64,000 nucleotides of DNA from Thermoproteota archaeon (GTDB lineage Archaea; Thermoproteota; EX4484-205; JAAOZP01). Position 1 is the stretch's first letter, and each line of letters opens with the position of its first letter. The position numbers and the translations under genes were made by a program. Below are positions 19,428 through 30,423 of this stretch, in pieces. The notes under the pieces were generated by a model, which was not told where the DNA came from, ran no database searches, and saw only the letters and a list, made by a program, of their open reading frames with translations. The stretch lies in NCBI GenBank assembly GCA_049700215.1, contig JBNAVT010000003.1, positions 1,366 to 65,365 on the forward strand. The letters run 5' to 3'.

Positions 19428-21861
19428 TCACTCTAAAACTATTTTCAACGTGCATATTTCGTACGGGTTTAAAGAGAGCTTCAACCTGTTCGCGTGAACC
19501 TCTACTTCCTCGAGAACCTCATCCTCAAGAATATTCGTCTTACAAGCCTTCTTCAATGTCTTGTCGAGATTTAACATCATTTCACAACTGCTTTTCACCC
19601 CAGTATGCTCGAAGAGTCTTAATACTAGGCTTTTATCATCCTCTGCCTTCTTAACGCATTCAATAATTGTACCCTCAGGTTCCATGCTGATGAAGGAGCC
19701 AGTTTTACTTAAAACTCCGCCATGCTTTCCTTCCAAGCGTGGCAGTAAAGGGTTGCTAAACTCGTAACTTCTTTGCACAACACTGCTCCTTTTCCATTCT
19801 CCCCTATGCGGATAGAGCGCATACTTTATCACATGCCTCCCGTTATCCGTATTATAGGATGGTTCAGACGGGCTCCTGAGCAGGGTCAAGCGTAAAAACG
19901 TTATGCTCCGAGTCATACCCATACTTTGCATCGCTTAGAAAGGCGACACCGTAACTACCGTCAGCCTCAGACATGTCGATCCATTGTTGAAACGGCTGTT
20001 CCTCTCCATTCGGAATCCTCGCCGCACTGCCGTACGGTATTCCTACGTTGAGCATGGGGCTGGTTATGTTTAGGGGAAACTCTACTTTGAGGGCAGTGTT
20101 AACCTCGTTCCAGTCGACTGTAAGCCTGAAATCTATGCGTCGGATTCTTGAATAGGCAGCAACCTCCTGTACGTACGTTGAGTTTCCATAGGCTTTTTTA
20201 ACGGTTAACTTAGCTCTCACAGGCCCATTCTCCGTAACTCTAACGCTTTCCCTGGATTCGATTCTCATCATTGGTCCTGTGAACCTGTTCGACCTGTCTA
20301 TCCCTGGGGTAAGCCTGCCCTCAGAGTCCCCCGGGTCTTCAATCAATTTGAGGACATTACCATGATTGTTTTCCTCAAGCAATTCCCTAGCGTTCTCCTT
20401 GCCAAAAATACTTTCCAAGTCTCCCGTTGTTCCGCATACTCTGATCCTGAAGAAGCAGTTTTCCAATTCACTGCCTGATGCTTCAACAGGGTTTGTTTCA
20501 AAACCGTTTTCATCGGCGGGGATTACTCTGTAAACCTTGTATCCTAATGGCGGAACGTTTTCAGCTATGAAAATAATCTTTAAACACGTCTCCCCCTTTT
20601 CGTCGAAACATTCTGTTATTTGAATCGGGATAGTTACTCCATCAGGATCTTCAAGCCTAACGTTCTTCCAGCCTTCTGGAAGATTGAGCCTCGTTTCAAC
20701 TACATCAGTCCTGCTCCAAGACAGGCTGTTGAACACCACGATGCTTAGCTCACTGTCACCGGTGTCTATGAGAGAGGATATTTCCTGCAGGGCTTTTTCT
20801 AAGGTTTCTCCGGCTGTTCTAAAAACAGCATCATAGGCCTTGCCGGCCTCTGCCTGGACTGGTGGAATGACGCTTCCTCCGATTATGTCGTGAAACTGGT
20901 TGAACAGAACCTTCTTCCAGGCAGAGTTTAACTCAGACTGTGGATATTGCATTCCTGCGAGGAGCATCGCGATCGAAGAGAATTTCTCCGCAGCCAGAAG
21001 CATAACCTCGCTTAAACGATTTCCCTTCTTTAGCTTGGCGCAATTAGTCAAGTCCCCAACAAGCTCCCAGTCCAGCTCCCCCCTTAAAACCGGGAGGCTA
21101 CTCGCCTCCTTCGACAAGGAGTCGAAAAACCGGTGGGGTGTGCTGAAGCAAACATCCATCTCATGCTTCAAAGCCTCCCTGAGGCCGCGAACATTCTGTA
21201 TCTCTTGATACGTCGGCCCCCCACCATGGTCGCCGCTTCCAATCACTATCGGAATATTACTGACACCGTATCTCCTAACAATGCTGTAAGCCAGCTCCCC
21301 GATTTTCGGAAACGGTCTGTATGCGAACGAGCCTCTCGGAGGCCTACATGCTAGGATTCGTGAGCCATCAGGAGCCTCCCACCAGAATAAGTCCTCCCCC
21401 TTGCCTCCTCTATAGAACACTAGATAGTTTATTCCGCTTTTCCTAAGTATCTGTGGAAGCTGCCAGGGGAGAGTCCAGCTGTCCGGTAGCCATCCGACCC
21501 TTACTCTGGCTCCGAATCTATCCTTAAAATACTTCTGGCCGAAAAGGTATTGCCTAGCCAGAGACTCTCCACAAGGCTCGCCTCCTTCGAACTCAACGTA
21601 GGAGCCGCCTACAACGTCCCACCGCCCATCTTTAACGAATCTAGCGATCTCGGAGAATAGTTCTGGCAGGAATTCTTCAGCAGCCTTGTAGAGGGGAACC
21701 TGGCTCTGCGCGAAAGTATACTCTTCATGCATTTTAAGATTGTCAACCGCCCTTGTGAAAGTAAGCTTAACGCAGTCGTAGACTGTTTCAGGAAAGTATG
21801 GCCAGAGCCATGCGACGTCGATATGCGACTGGCTTATTACGTGTATCACAGGCTTCCCCAT
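19428..21861 (-). pseudogene. GH38 alpha-mannosidase split by a +1 frameshift
   Basis: SHIDVAWLW, GWLPDS, GDHGGGP, NQFHDII; KYGYDSEHNV and LRLTLLRSP lie in different frames across the A5 run at 19894-19898. Confidence 0.8.
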
Positions 21862-22033
21862 TATCAGCCGCTCCCTTGCATGCGTAACAGCATTAAAATG
21901 TTTCGAACGCTTTGCAACGGTTTCCTAGGCCTCGTCTTAAAACCAGCTGAATGCGCAGCAGGGATTTGCTTACCGAACCGCTGCCTGAGTAAAACTTTTA
22001 CGCGGGTTTTTAAACTGTGAAGGGGGAGTGTTT

Positions 22034-23293
22034 ATGGTTCCGGGGGATTTGAAAGCCGGCTCCTCCTCGGCGGAGATAATCAGCGACGAATCCATGGTTA
22101 TCGCCGGAGGGATTCATCCTAGGTTCGCCTCAGGCAGGGAGGCCAGTGTCAGGGCTTCCGTCCTAATTGTTGAGAAAGACGCTAGGATCTGCATTGTTTC
22201 ATGCGACGTTCTAGCGCTTCAGAGAGACGTGTGCGACGAGCTTTGTCTAGAGATTGAGGAGAAATTTGAAATCCCGTTTGAAAACATTCTCATCGCGGCT
22301 ACCCATACTCATCACGCACCGTCAACCGTGACCGTGCATGCGTATAAAAGAGACGAATCCTTCGTTGAAAACGTTAAACGCGCAGTCTTAACCGCTGTTA
22401 GCTCAGCCAACCAGGGTTTAAAGAATGTTGAGATGAAGTTTTGGCTCGGGATTGAATCCACCGTCGGCCAAAACAGTCGTCTCCTGCTCTCCGACAACAC
22501 GGTGTACTGGGTTGGGCCTAGAGAAGATGCGCTGAGGCCCACGGGTCCTTTCGACCCAGATCTCCCAACCCTCCTGTTTAAAAGGAGCGACGGGGCGACG
22601 GAGGCCGTGATCTTCAACCATTCAACCCACAATATTGGTTCAAGAAACCCGGGGGCTATTTCTCCAGGCTTCTACGGTCTGGCTGCTCAAGAACTTGAAG
22701 AGGAGACCGGTGGGCGTTTTCTATTTCTCCCCGGAGCCTCAGGCTCAACACATAACCTTGTTTTGCCGACGGACGAGATGATCCTGAGGATAAAGGATGC
22801 TGTCAGGGAAGCTATGCTTCAGTCTCAGCCTAGAACAGTCCAACGCATAGTGTCGTTGAAGCAGGAGTTCGAATACCGCGTTAGAAGGTTTGAAGAGGAG
22901 AAGGAGGAAAAAGCAGTTTCATACTATTGCAAAAAGCGGGTCGCTAATCCTGAATCGGTAATAGAGGTATTCCGGAAAATGCGGAGAGAACTGTCTACGC
23001 ATCAGGGTGAGACACGCAGATCATGGCTGCATACAATTCTCCTCGGAGACATAGCGTTGATAGGGGTTCCCGGCGAACTGTTCACGAAGCTTGGAGTAAT
23101 CATTAAGCGCCTCTCTCCCTTCCGCTACACTTTCATAATACAGCTTGCTAATGATTGGATAGGCTACATTCCGGATAAGCAGGCTTACGAGCTCGGCGGC
23201 TACCAGACGTGGACGGGTTTCCACAGCTATGTGGAGGAAGGAACAGGCGAGATGCTGGTGGAGAAAACTATTCAGATGCTGCGCAACTTGTAG
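22034..23293 (+). CDS. Neutral/alkaline ceramidase-like hydrolase
   Basis: ATHTHHAP, FNHSTH, GASG, GVPGELF, ANDWIGYIP...GGYQ. Confidence 0.75.
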   Translation: MVPGDLKAGSSSAEIISDESMVIAGGIHPRFASGREASVRASVLIVEKDARICIVSCDVLALQRDVCDELCLEIEEKFEIPFENILIAATHTHHAPSTVTVHAYKRDESFVENVKRAVLTAVSSANQGLKNVEMKFWLGIESTVGQNSRLLLSDNTVYWVGPREDALRPTGPFDPDLPTLLFKRSDGATEAVIFNHSTHNIGSRNPGAISPGFYGLAAQELEEETGGRFLFLPGASGSTHNLVLPTDEMILRIKDAVREAMLQSQPRTVQRIVSLKQEFEYRVRRFEEEKEEKAVSYYCKKRVANPESVIEVFRKMRRELSTHQGETRRSWLHTILLGDIALIGVPGELFTKLGVIIKRLSPFRYTFIIQLANDWIGYIPDKQAYELGGYQTWTGFHSYVEEGTGEMLVEKTIQMLRNL

Positions 23294-23432
23294 CCTAAAA
23301 ACCATCCTGCTTCCAACTGGTTTACAGCAAGATTGAAAAGGCTTTACAGCTTGCCCAATCCGGATAAGGGCTCTGGGGGAAGAGTTATAAGCCTTCCCCA
23401 CGGTAGTTCAGAGTATCAACAGTGATAGAGGG

Positions 23433-23942
23433 GTGAAGAACATCCAGCACATTGCTGAGCCTTACAGGAGCCTTGTTTCGAAAATGCTTGAAGCACTCTT
23501 ATCAGTGTTCGGAGATAGATTAGTATCGCTTATTGTCTATGGGAGTGTTGCGAGAGGGGAGGCGAAGCGGAGCAGCGACCTTGACTTATTGATAATAGTC
23601 GAAGGCTTGCCTGAATCAAGGTTCGATAGAAATAAGATTTTCGATACAGTCGAAGATTTATTGATCAGGGACTTAGAGGGCTTTCATGCCTCAGGATACT
23701 ACGTGGCGTTATCGCCAATTTTAAAAACACCTGAAGAGGCTCGAAAAATTTCGTCTTTATACCTAGACATGGTTGAGGATGCTGTTATAGTCTATGATAG
23801 GGACGGGTTTTTCGAATCCATACTCGTAAAGCTTTCAAACAAGCTGAAGGAGCTTGGTGCTGAAAGAGTTTGGGTGGGCAAGAAGTGGTATTGGAGGCTT
23901 AGAAAAGATTTGAAGCCGGGTGAGGAGATCATCATTGAATAA
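23433..23942 (+). CDS. Minimal nucleotidyltransferase (MNT) antitoxin
   Basis: YGSVARGE...SDLDLLII. Confidence 0.88.
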   Translation: MKNIQHIAEPYRSLVSKMLEALLSVFGDRLVSLIVYGSVARGEAKRSSDLDLLIIVEGLPESRFDRNKIFDTVEDLLIRDLEGFHASGYYVALSPILKTPEEARKISSLYLDMVEDAVIVYDRDGFFESILVKLSNKLKELGAERVWVGKKWYWRLRKDLKPGEEIIIE

Positions 23943-24360
23943 TGTTGAACTCGCTAGGTCGAACATTAGGCAGGCTGAGGAAAGGTTGAAGCACGCGAAG
24001 GAAGCCTTGGAATCGGGCAACTATCCCTACGTGATAAGGCAGTGTCAGGAGGCTGTTGAGCTTGCTTTAAAGGCGGCGCTGAGGCTGGCTGGAATAGAGC
24101 CGCCTAAATGGCACGATGTGGGGCCGATACTGAAGAGGGAGAAGAATGTTTTCCCAGACTGGTTTCAAACACATATAGATGAGTTGGCGTCCATATCTAG
24201 GATTCTAAGGAGGGAACGGGAACCAGCTCTTTACGGCGACGAGGAAACAGGCATTTCTCCAGAGGAGCTGTATGCTAATTCTGACGCTGATAAGGCTTTG
24301 AAAGATGCGGAGAAAGCATTAACATTAGTGCTTAAGCTTCTTTGCCAGAATCTTAATTAG
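23935..24360 (+). CDS. HEPN-domain protein
   Basis: QEAVELALKA, PPKWHDV, REPALYGD; overlaps the MNT gene. Confidence 0.88.
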   Translation: MNNVELARSNIRQAEERLKHAKEALESGNYPYVIRQCQEAVELALKAALRLAGIEPPKWHDVGPILKREKNVFPDWFQTHIDELASISRILRREREPALYGDEETGISPEELYANSDADKALKDAEKALTLVLKLLCQNLN

Positions 24361-24562
24361 CATCCCGTTTTAGCATCGCGTTGTCCTTTAATCGCGATAA
24401 GAATTGCGTGCACAATAAGCTATTGACTTGGATTTTTTACTTTTCCATGAACTATTACGTGAATCTTAAATAAAACTGATACAGGATGCCTGTTGATGCG
24501 ACTCATGGTTAAGGCTTAAGGCGCGGCGTCAATTAGTCATTACGAAACGTAAACTGAACATA

Positions 24563-24575
24563 TAGCGTGCGCTAG
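24563..24575. repeat. TA(GC)nTA-type junction motif
   Basis: TAGCGTGCGCTAG at the left end of the ceramidase-like remnant. Confidence 0.8.
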
Positions 24576-24717
24576 CCAGTAATGGAAACATTTAGAAGAA
24601 TGCGGAAAGAGCTTTCAAAGCAGCAGGGAGAGACACGTAGGTCCTGGAATACAGGTTATTCTTCTCGGCGACATAGCACCGATTAGAGTCCAGGGAGATT
24701 TTTTTGCGAAACTTGGG
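24576..24717 (+). pseudogene. Internal fragment of a paralog of the ceramidase-like gene 22034..23293
   Basis: Reads VMETFRRMRKELSKQQGETRRSW...ILLGDIAPIRVQGDFFAKLG versus VIEVFRKMRRELSTHQGETRRSW...ILLGDIALIGVPGELFTKLG (22958-23097). Confidence 0.85.
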
Positions 24718-24730
24718 TAGCGCGCGCTAA
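24718..24730. repeat. TA(GC)nTA palindromic junction motif
   Basis: TAGCGCGCGCTAA at the right end of the remnant. Confidence 0.85.
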
Positions 24731-24836
24731 ACACTGTTTCGCTCTTCTCAGGGCTGACTCACTGAGAGGAGGGTGAATAAAAATTTTCTTCATGTAAAAC
24801 TTTATAAGTCCTTTAAAGAGGAATTCAGTAAGTTTA

Positions 24837-25040
24837 ATGATAAGCGGTAAAAGAATTAAGGATCTTGTTGAAGAAACGAGAAAGATTAAAAAACTTAAAG
24901 TCGATCCCCTAGAAATCCTCGACTCTTATTATGGTGAGATTGAAAACGAGTTAGTAAAAACCCTTAACAGCAAAATGAGGAATATGAAGGCTGTAAGAAA
25001 ATTCGTCTTAACGTATAGGAGAAGAATTAGAAATGGGTGA
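24837..25040 (+). CDS. Small basic hypothetical protein (possible antitoxin-like partner)
   Basis: ORF preceded by TTTATAAG; overlaps the ATG of the downstream remnant. Confidence 0.55.
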   Translation: MISGKRIKDLVEETRKIKKLKVDPLEILDSYYGEIENELVKTLNSKMRNMKAVRKFVLTYRRRIRNG

Positions 25041-25262
25041 ATTTTCAAATTTCTTCAAACTTTTAATTAGCGCGCGCTAGACAATATTACTGCAAAGCTC
25101 GTCTATGGATCGCAGCAAGACATGGAGGATGCCCTATCCGTGCTCATCGTGCAAGAAGAACGGATAGACATGGATGCCTTAGTCAAAAAGTCGGCCAAGT
25201 TTAAAGTGACGAGTAAGTTAAAACAGATTATTGAGGAGAAAGATAAATTTATTAAACAGTAG
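25033..25262 (+). pseudogene. Internally deleted nucleotidyltransferase-like gene
   Basis: MGEFSNFFKLLI, then the motif at 25068-25080, then C-terminal ...AKLVYGSQQDMEDALSVLIVQEERIDMDAL...KQ*. Confidence 0.65.
25068..25080. repeat. TA(GC)nTA palindromic junction motif
   Basis: TAGCGCGCGCTAG at the deletion junction. Confidence 0.85.
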
Positions 25263-25625
25263 TTCTAGCACAAGTGTTCCTACGTTCTGTAAAGAAATTA
25301 TAGAAAGGCTTTTACTGGCGTTTTAGCGTGCACGCACATAATGGAGACCATTGCGGAGGCTCTAATTGAACCTATCACGAGGCAGAGGGGCTTAAAGGTA
25401 TGTAATATATTCGATTTATCCTGACGATTTACTTCTTTGCCGCGCGCACTACTGGTTAAAGGTTTAAAAATTCTATGCGCGCGACTAAGCTTGCCAAGGT
25501 ATTCGGCCTATACGTGGGGAAGGCATTGTACTCGCTTATCTGTGCTGCTCACAGTAACGTCAAATTTCCTTATGACTATTCCCTATTAGGAATTGATTCA
25601 CACGTTAAAGATTCAGTCTTAAGGC

Positions 25626-28600
25626 TCAAATAATTCTTACTGAAATATAGACTGGACATTGTTTAATCACTTTCTCTACGAAGACCCCCCTTCCGGTTAT
25701 TCTTAAAATCTTTCTGAGCTCAGCCATCGCTTCCCTATTCCTTCCCAGTCCAAAGTAGGCAACGACCTTCCTGCAACGCGCTTCCGCAAGCTTTCTATCG
25801 TAATTCAAGGCGTTAAAGTACTCTTCAGGAATTTCTCTCTTTACGCTGATTATCCTCCTCTCCTTTTCCAAAGCCTCCTTCAACGCATCCTTGAACAATT
25901 TTAAAGCCTCTTTTTTCCTTCCAAGCATTCTTAGGGCAAGGCCCTTATAGTAAACCTCATCAATATTAAAGAACTTTTGGATGAGGATACTTCTCCACAT
26001 CTCCCTCGCCTTCTTCTTCTCCCCCATCAGGAAATAGCATTGGCCAGCCCAATACCTCTGTTTAGCCTCATGCCTATGCGGGACATAGGGTGCCCCGACA
26101 CCCAGGTTCCTAGGGTAGGCTAAAGAGCTAAGGAAGTCTTTTAAAGCCTCTTCATATCTTCCTTTCTTAATATTCTCCACCCCCCTTCTTACATGAGCCT
26201 CTACGAACAATTCCCAGTACCCGTAGTATCCTTCAGCCGGAGTGAAGGTGTTTTCTTCAAGTATTCTAAGCGCTTCATTATATTTTTCAGCGTTAATGTA
26301 TGCTGCGGATAACGCTGCCAACAAGGAATCCTTCCTAATCCTGCTGCTAGCCTCCTCCAGAGTTTCAACGGGTTTTTCAACTACCCCGGCTACTGAACAA
26401 GCCTCATAATACTCGAGATGGAGCCTATGGTTAAAAGGGTCGATGGCGATTGCCTTCTCATACTCTTTCAAAGCCCTTTCAAAGCCTCTGTATAGTTTAT
26501 AGTAGGCGGACCCAAGGTTCCTGTATAAAACCGGGTGTTCCAACCCCTCTTGCACCGCAGCCTCCCATTCTCTAATCGCCTCGTCAAACCTGCATAGGTA
26601 GAAGAGGAGGTTTCCCAAGTAGTATTTAGCCCTGGGGCTGGCTGTAGTTGCAATTACACTCCTAAGTATCTCCTCCTCGCCCACCCGGTGAGGGAAAACG
26701 TAATCCGGATTCTTCGAATCGCCAAGCTGAAAGTGCTTCCTCATCTCCCCTGTCTTTCCAAGCCTCCCGTAAACGAAACCCAGATAGTAGTGGATCATCG
26801 GCCCGTCAAGCCGCTTCAAAGCTCCTTTTGAAAGGATTTTCTCCGCATCCTCGTAAAGGCCTGCTTCAATATATTCTGACGCGGCTTCTAGAAGCTTCTG
26901 CTCGCCGGATAATACGACCCTCTCAAACTCTAGACTATTCTTTCCCTCTGAGCAGAACATTAATTCTGACAGTAGGGGATAGTATATTGGAAAAGCCTCC
27001 AGCCCTCTTTCAACAATCTGCAAGGCCTCACTTGCTTTACCCTGCTTCCTCAACGTGGCGGCTAGCAGGAATAAGCATTTAAAATTCGTAGAATCCTTCT
27101 CCGCAACCTCTCTCAGAATCTCCTCCGCCTTCCAGTATTCCCTATTCCTCATTTTAATAACGGATATCCAGTAGGAGGATGGTGAGAAGAACCTTGTAGA
27201 CCTTCTGGCCTCCCAGAATTTCGCCTCAGCGTTGTGTTCGTCGCCCAGTTTAAGGCGGCATATGCCGAGATAGTAATGGGCTTCATCGGAATCCGTGTTT
27301 CTCTTCAAGGCTTTCTCCAGAAGACCGGCTGCTTTACCATATTCTCCCCTACGACAGTAGATGGCTGCTAGGGAGCAAAGGGCTTTCGAGAAATTACCAT
27401 CTGCTTTCAACGCCTGCCTATACTTCAATTCTGCAAGCAATGGGCTGCCCATTCTTTCCTCTAATTCTCCGTCTATCCAAAGCTCCTCAGCAGTCTTCTT
27501 TTTCTCAGCATCTATGCTGAACTCGCTTGGGCGCCGGTATACTGATTCGTCAACCCTCGTCCTATAGTCCCTGCAATCCCAAACTATGATCTTGCTATTG
27601 TTTTCATCTAAGACTTCAGCCTTCACTCTTTTATCCTTAGACTCAAACTCTTTAACAAAAGGGTTGCCTGGTGCCAGGTTAAATTCTTCTTCAACAATCT
27701 TCTCACCCAGATTGATCCTGATTTTGGAATGCGGAAATTCCTTTGTCGCATACACGCCCACAATTATCCTGAAAGCACCGTCCTCCGGCTTAGCGTCGAC
27801 GTTAATAGTTGCATCCTTATTCGCATACGAAACGCCGTTAATCTTCGATATCGGGTACCAATATTCCTCCCATTCTTCGAAGAAAAGGGGATCGACGAAA
27901 CCAACTATGCTCTGTGTCCTGTATTTACCGGATTGAAGCTCTATGTAAGGCATGCCTTTGTCTGAAAGTATCGGGGCCCAGAAAAGCCCGTCTTCACTAG
28001 TTCCCCACGTGAACCTTTTCTTCCCTGGCACTTTAAAATGGTTGGCGTGCTGCACCACTCCGTAGTGTGTATTATAATCATAGTATCCGAAGAAATCCTC
28101 CTCAGAATCTATTATGAAGGCGTCGACTGCATACTTACAATTCTTATACCAGCTGACGTCGACACCATCTCTATTCACTGGAAAAGTATCATCCACCGTG
28201 CGTTTACCTGGTATGAAGACCCTGCTTCCTTCAGTGACTGTTTCCGCCGTGTTCATCCAGAAGTAGTATTTTGTTTTCTGCAGGTCGTTGTTAAAAGTTT
28301 TGACAGATATCTCTAGAAGGGCTCTCCCAGGCCTCAGGGTTAAGCCAACCAAATAGTATATGTTGGTAATGAGATTAATGTTTCCTATGTAGATGCTCAC
28401 ACTGCCATCTTCCCATTCCTTAACCTTCCAATCCACTGGGGAGAAGTTGTCCGGAGTATGGTGCCCCCTGTCCAAGCTGTTGAACTCTATTCCATTGGCT
28501 ATCCATGCTCCTCTCAAAGCTATGTTGGCTGGCTTTATTATTTCATTGTAGTGGAACACGTGAGCATTGTTAACCTTATCATATAAGTCGTGCAGTCTCG

Positions 28601-28799
28601 CCCCAAGCGATGGTATTACTCTCATCTTCAGGTATTCGTTTTCAACCACTATACTGTCATACATAATCGGCTCAGGTTTATCGCTGAAATTGTTTAGACC
28701 AGTATAGGGGTAGTATTGGAAAAACTTCGGAAGAGGATCTTCGTCGAGCACCCTATAGGTCTGTATCTCAACCTTCTCGCTGTACCATTTGCTGACCAT
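25626..28799 (-). CDS. DUF5107 domain and TPR-repeat protein
   Basis: VENEYLKMRVIPSLGARL, IKPANIALRGAW...GIEFN, PGKKRFTWG, YIELQSG; multiple TPRs; YPRNLG. Confidence 0.85.
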   Translation of the reverse strand: MVSKWYSEKVEIQTYRVLDEDPLPKFFQYYPYTGLNNFSDKPEPIMYDSIVVENEYLKMRVIPSLGARLHDLYDKVNNAHVFHYNEIIKPANIALRGAWIANGIEFNSLDRGHHTPDNFSPVDWKVKEWEDGSVSIYIGNINLITNIYYLVGLTLRPGRALLEISVKTFNNDLQKTKYYFWMNTAETVTEGSRVFIPGKRTVDDTFPVNRDGVDVSWYKNCKYAVDAFIIDSEEDFFGYYDYNTHYGVVQHANHFKVPGKKRFTWGTSEDGLFWAPILSDKGMPYIELQSGKYRTQSIVGFVDPLFFEEWEEYWYPISKINGVSYANKDATINVDAKPEDGAFRIIVGVYATKEFPHSKIRINLGEKIVEEEFNLAPGNPFVKEFESKDKRVKAEVLDENNSKIIVWDCRDYRTRVDESVYRRPSEFSIDAEKKKTAEELWIDGELEERMGSPLLAELKYRQALKADGNFSKALCSLAAIYCRRGEYGKAAGLLEKALKRNTDSDEAHYYLGICRLKLGDEHNAEAKFWEARRSTRFFSPSSYWISVIKMRNREYWKAEEILREVAEKDSTNFKCLFLLAATLRKQGKASEALQIVERGLEAFPIYYPLLSELMFCSEGKNSLEFERVVLSGEQKLLEAASEYIEAGLYEDAEKILSKGALKRLDGPMIHYYLGFVYGRLGKTGEMRKHFQLGDSKNPDYVFPHRVGEEEILRSVIATTASPRAKYYLGNLLFYLCRFDEAIREWEAAVQEGLEHPVLYRNLGSAYYKLYRGFERALKEYEKAIAIDPFNHRLHLEYYEACSVAGVVEKPVETLEEASSRIRKDSLLAALSAAYINAEKYNEALRILEENTFTPAEGYYGYWELFVEAHVRRGVENIKKGRYEEALKDFLSSLAYPRNLGVGAPYVPHRHEAKQRYWAGQCYFLMGEKKKAREMWRSILIQKFFNIDEVYYKGLALRMLGRKKEALKLFKDALKEALEKERRIISVKREIPEEYFNALNYDRKLAEARCRKVVAYFGLGRNREAMAELRKILRITGRGVFVEKVIKQCPVYISVRII

Positions 28800-28948
28800 G
28801 GTGTTTATGAAACACTATTAACACGCTAATTAAGTTTTCGAGTACTTCGAGTATTAGTCGTTCACCTGCTAGGAGCCACGCACGTTTATGGGTAAATACT
28901 TGGCGCATGCCATCCTTGTTCCTCCATTGTCTAGTAACGCGCGCGCGG

Positions 28949-29724
28949 GAGGGAGCCTTGGGAGCCATCATGGTATACCTTTCACCACTACGGTATTCCA
29001 TGGTACACTCCCCCTATGATATGGAGGATTTTAAATATTTTGATTTTAAAACATTTCACTATACTACTTGCATAACCTCAAAAACCAAAGTAGCTATTCT
29101 GGTAGGTCCTGGTGCCATGAATGAATTTACTGTAAATAAACTTGAAAAGTTTTGTCAACAAGAAGGGTATGTGATCCAAGCCTGCGGTGCTTATATTCAT
29201 GATCCTGAAACAGGTAAGGAGATGCTGGAGTTTGAAGGATTAGAAGTCGATAAAGAACCAAAAGATGCCTTTATTTATCCTTAGCCTTCGCGCGCGCTTG
29301 GTCCCTAGAAGGGATGACTTGCGACTTTCTCAGCGAGTTTATGAGAAGATGGTTCCACCATTTAGTGGCTAAATACGAGGGGAACATCTTGAAAAGGGCT
29401 AAAGTAAACATCTATGATTATGAGGTTTACACCGGAAGGCTTCTCGATTGGAAGGGAGGGCCATATATTGAAATTAATGAAGAACAAAAAATAGGGGTAG
29501 TAAAGAATTATTTGAATAAACCCATAGAGCGAACATTTCTTGTCCATCATAAATCTATTAAGGAGACACTCTTCGATGAGGAGCAAAACGTTAAAGAAAT
29601 CAAGTTGATAAGAGGCGATAAACCTCAGGAAATATCGGTTTTTCTTCAGCCGGGATGGTCCGTGGCCTTGAGAAAACAGTGTAACTCGGCAGCCTCATTC
29701 TTTTTGACGAACATTTCATCATAA
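28949..29724 (+). pseudogene. Fragmented AT-rich gene remnant in two pieces separated by a GC motif
   Basis: Protein-like frames with frameshifts; starts after the motif at 28935-28948, interrupted at 29289-29299, followed by the motif at 29763-29778. Confidence 0.5.
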
Positions 29725-29879
29725 CTTATTTTTCCCTGTCTCACCTGAACGCTTCTATTATCAAGCGCGCGCGTGCTACTAGAATTTTTTTCACTCCAAA
29801 ATATTTATTATACGTATTCTCTACGAGTTAAAGAAACTTGTCTATCGTTTAAAAACTGTTGGTTCCTGTAACCGATGTG

Positions 29880-30338
29880 TCACCAGTAAATCAAGCGTAC
29901 ACAATGATGAAAAACAACCTGTTTGCTCGTAGGGTTGTCTGCGTAGCAATGCATGTAAAGCTTCTCGCCTTTCTTAACGAGGAAGTAACCCGATGGGAAG
30001 TATTCGTACACGCATACGTCGTTAACACCGCTTACTTCAGAGTAATAGTCTCTTCCGCAGTATCCGAAATAGCCTTTCTCCCCGATTGGCTCCATTCCAG
30101 TACCTTTCTCACTCCATTTAACCCAAGGGTTATCAGGATTCTTTGACAGCACGTGCCCATTATCAGTAGGGTAGCCCCCGCTGCTAACTCCTATGAAGTG
30201 TTCAATAGCCACTATGTGCATTTCCTCTTCCGCACTAATGCTTTCAGACCTCTTGTCGACTGTTTTAGGCGGAACCGGGTAAGCCATCGTGTTGATAGTT
30301 ATTGACTTCAACTCCTTTCCTCCAGCTCTCCTGCTCAT
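29880..30338 (-). CDS. Hypothetical protein (His/Cys-containing, predicted beta-rich)
   Basis: ORF MSRRAGGKELK...LYMHCYADN...HHCVRLIYW; a paralog at 31870-32335 supports coding status. Confidence 0.7.
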   Translation of the reverse strand: MSRRAGGKELKSITINTMAYPVPPKTVDKRSESISAEEEMHIVAIEHFIGVSSGGYPTDNGHVLSKNPDNPWVKWSEKGTGMEPIGEKGYFGYCGRDYYSEVSGVNDVCVYEYFPSGYFLVKKGEKLYMHCYADNPTSKQVVFHHCVRLIYW

Positions 30339-30423
30339 AGTTTCCCGTTCAACGGTTCTGCTATTTATGCTTTTAAGATCAGCCACGCTTCCCAGATGCA
30401 CGTGTGAAGAGCGTGCGCGCTAA

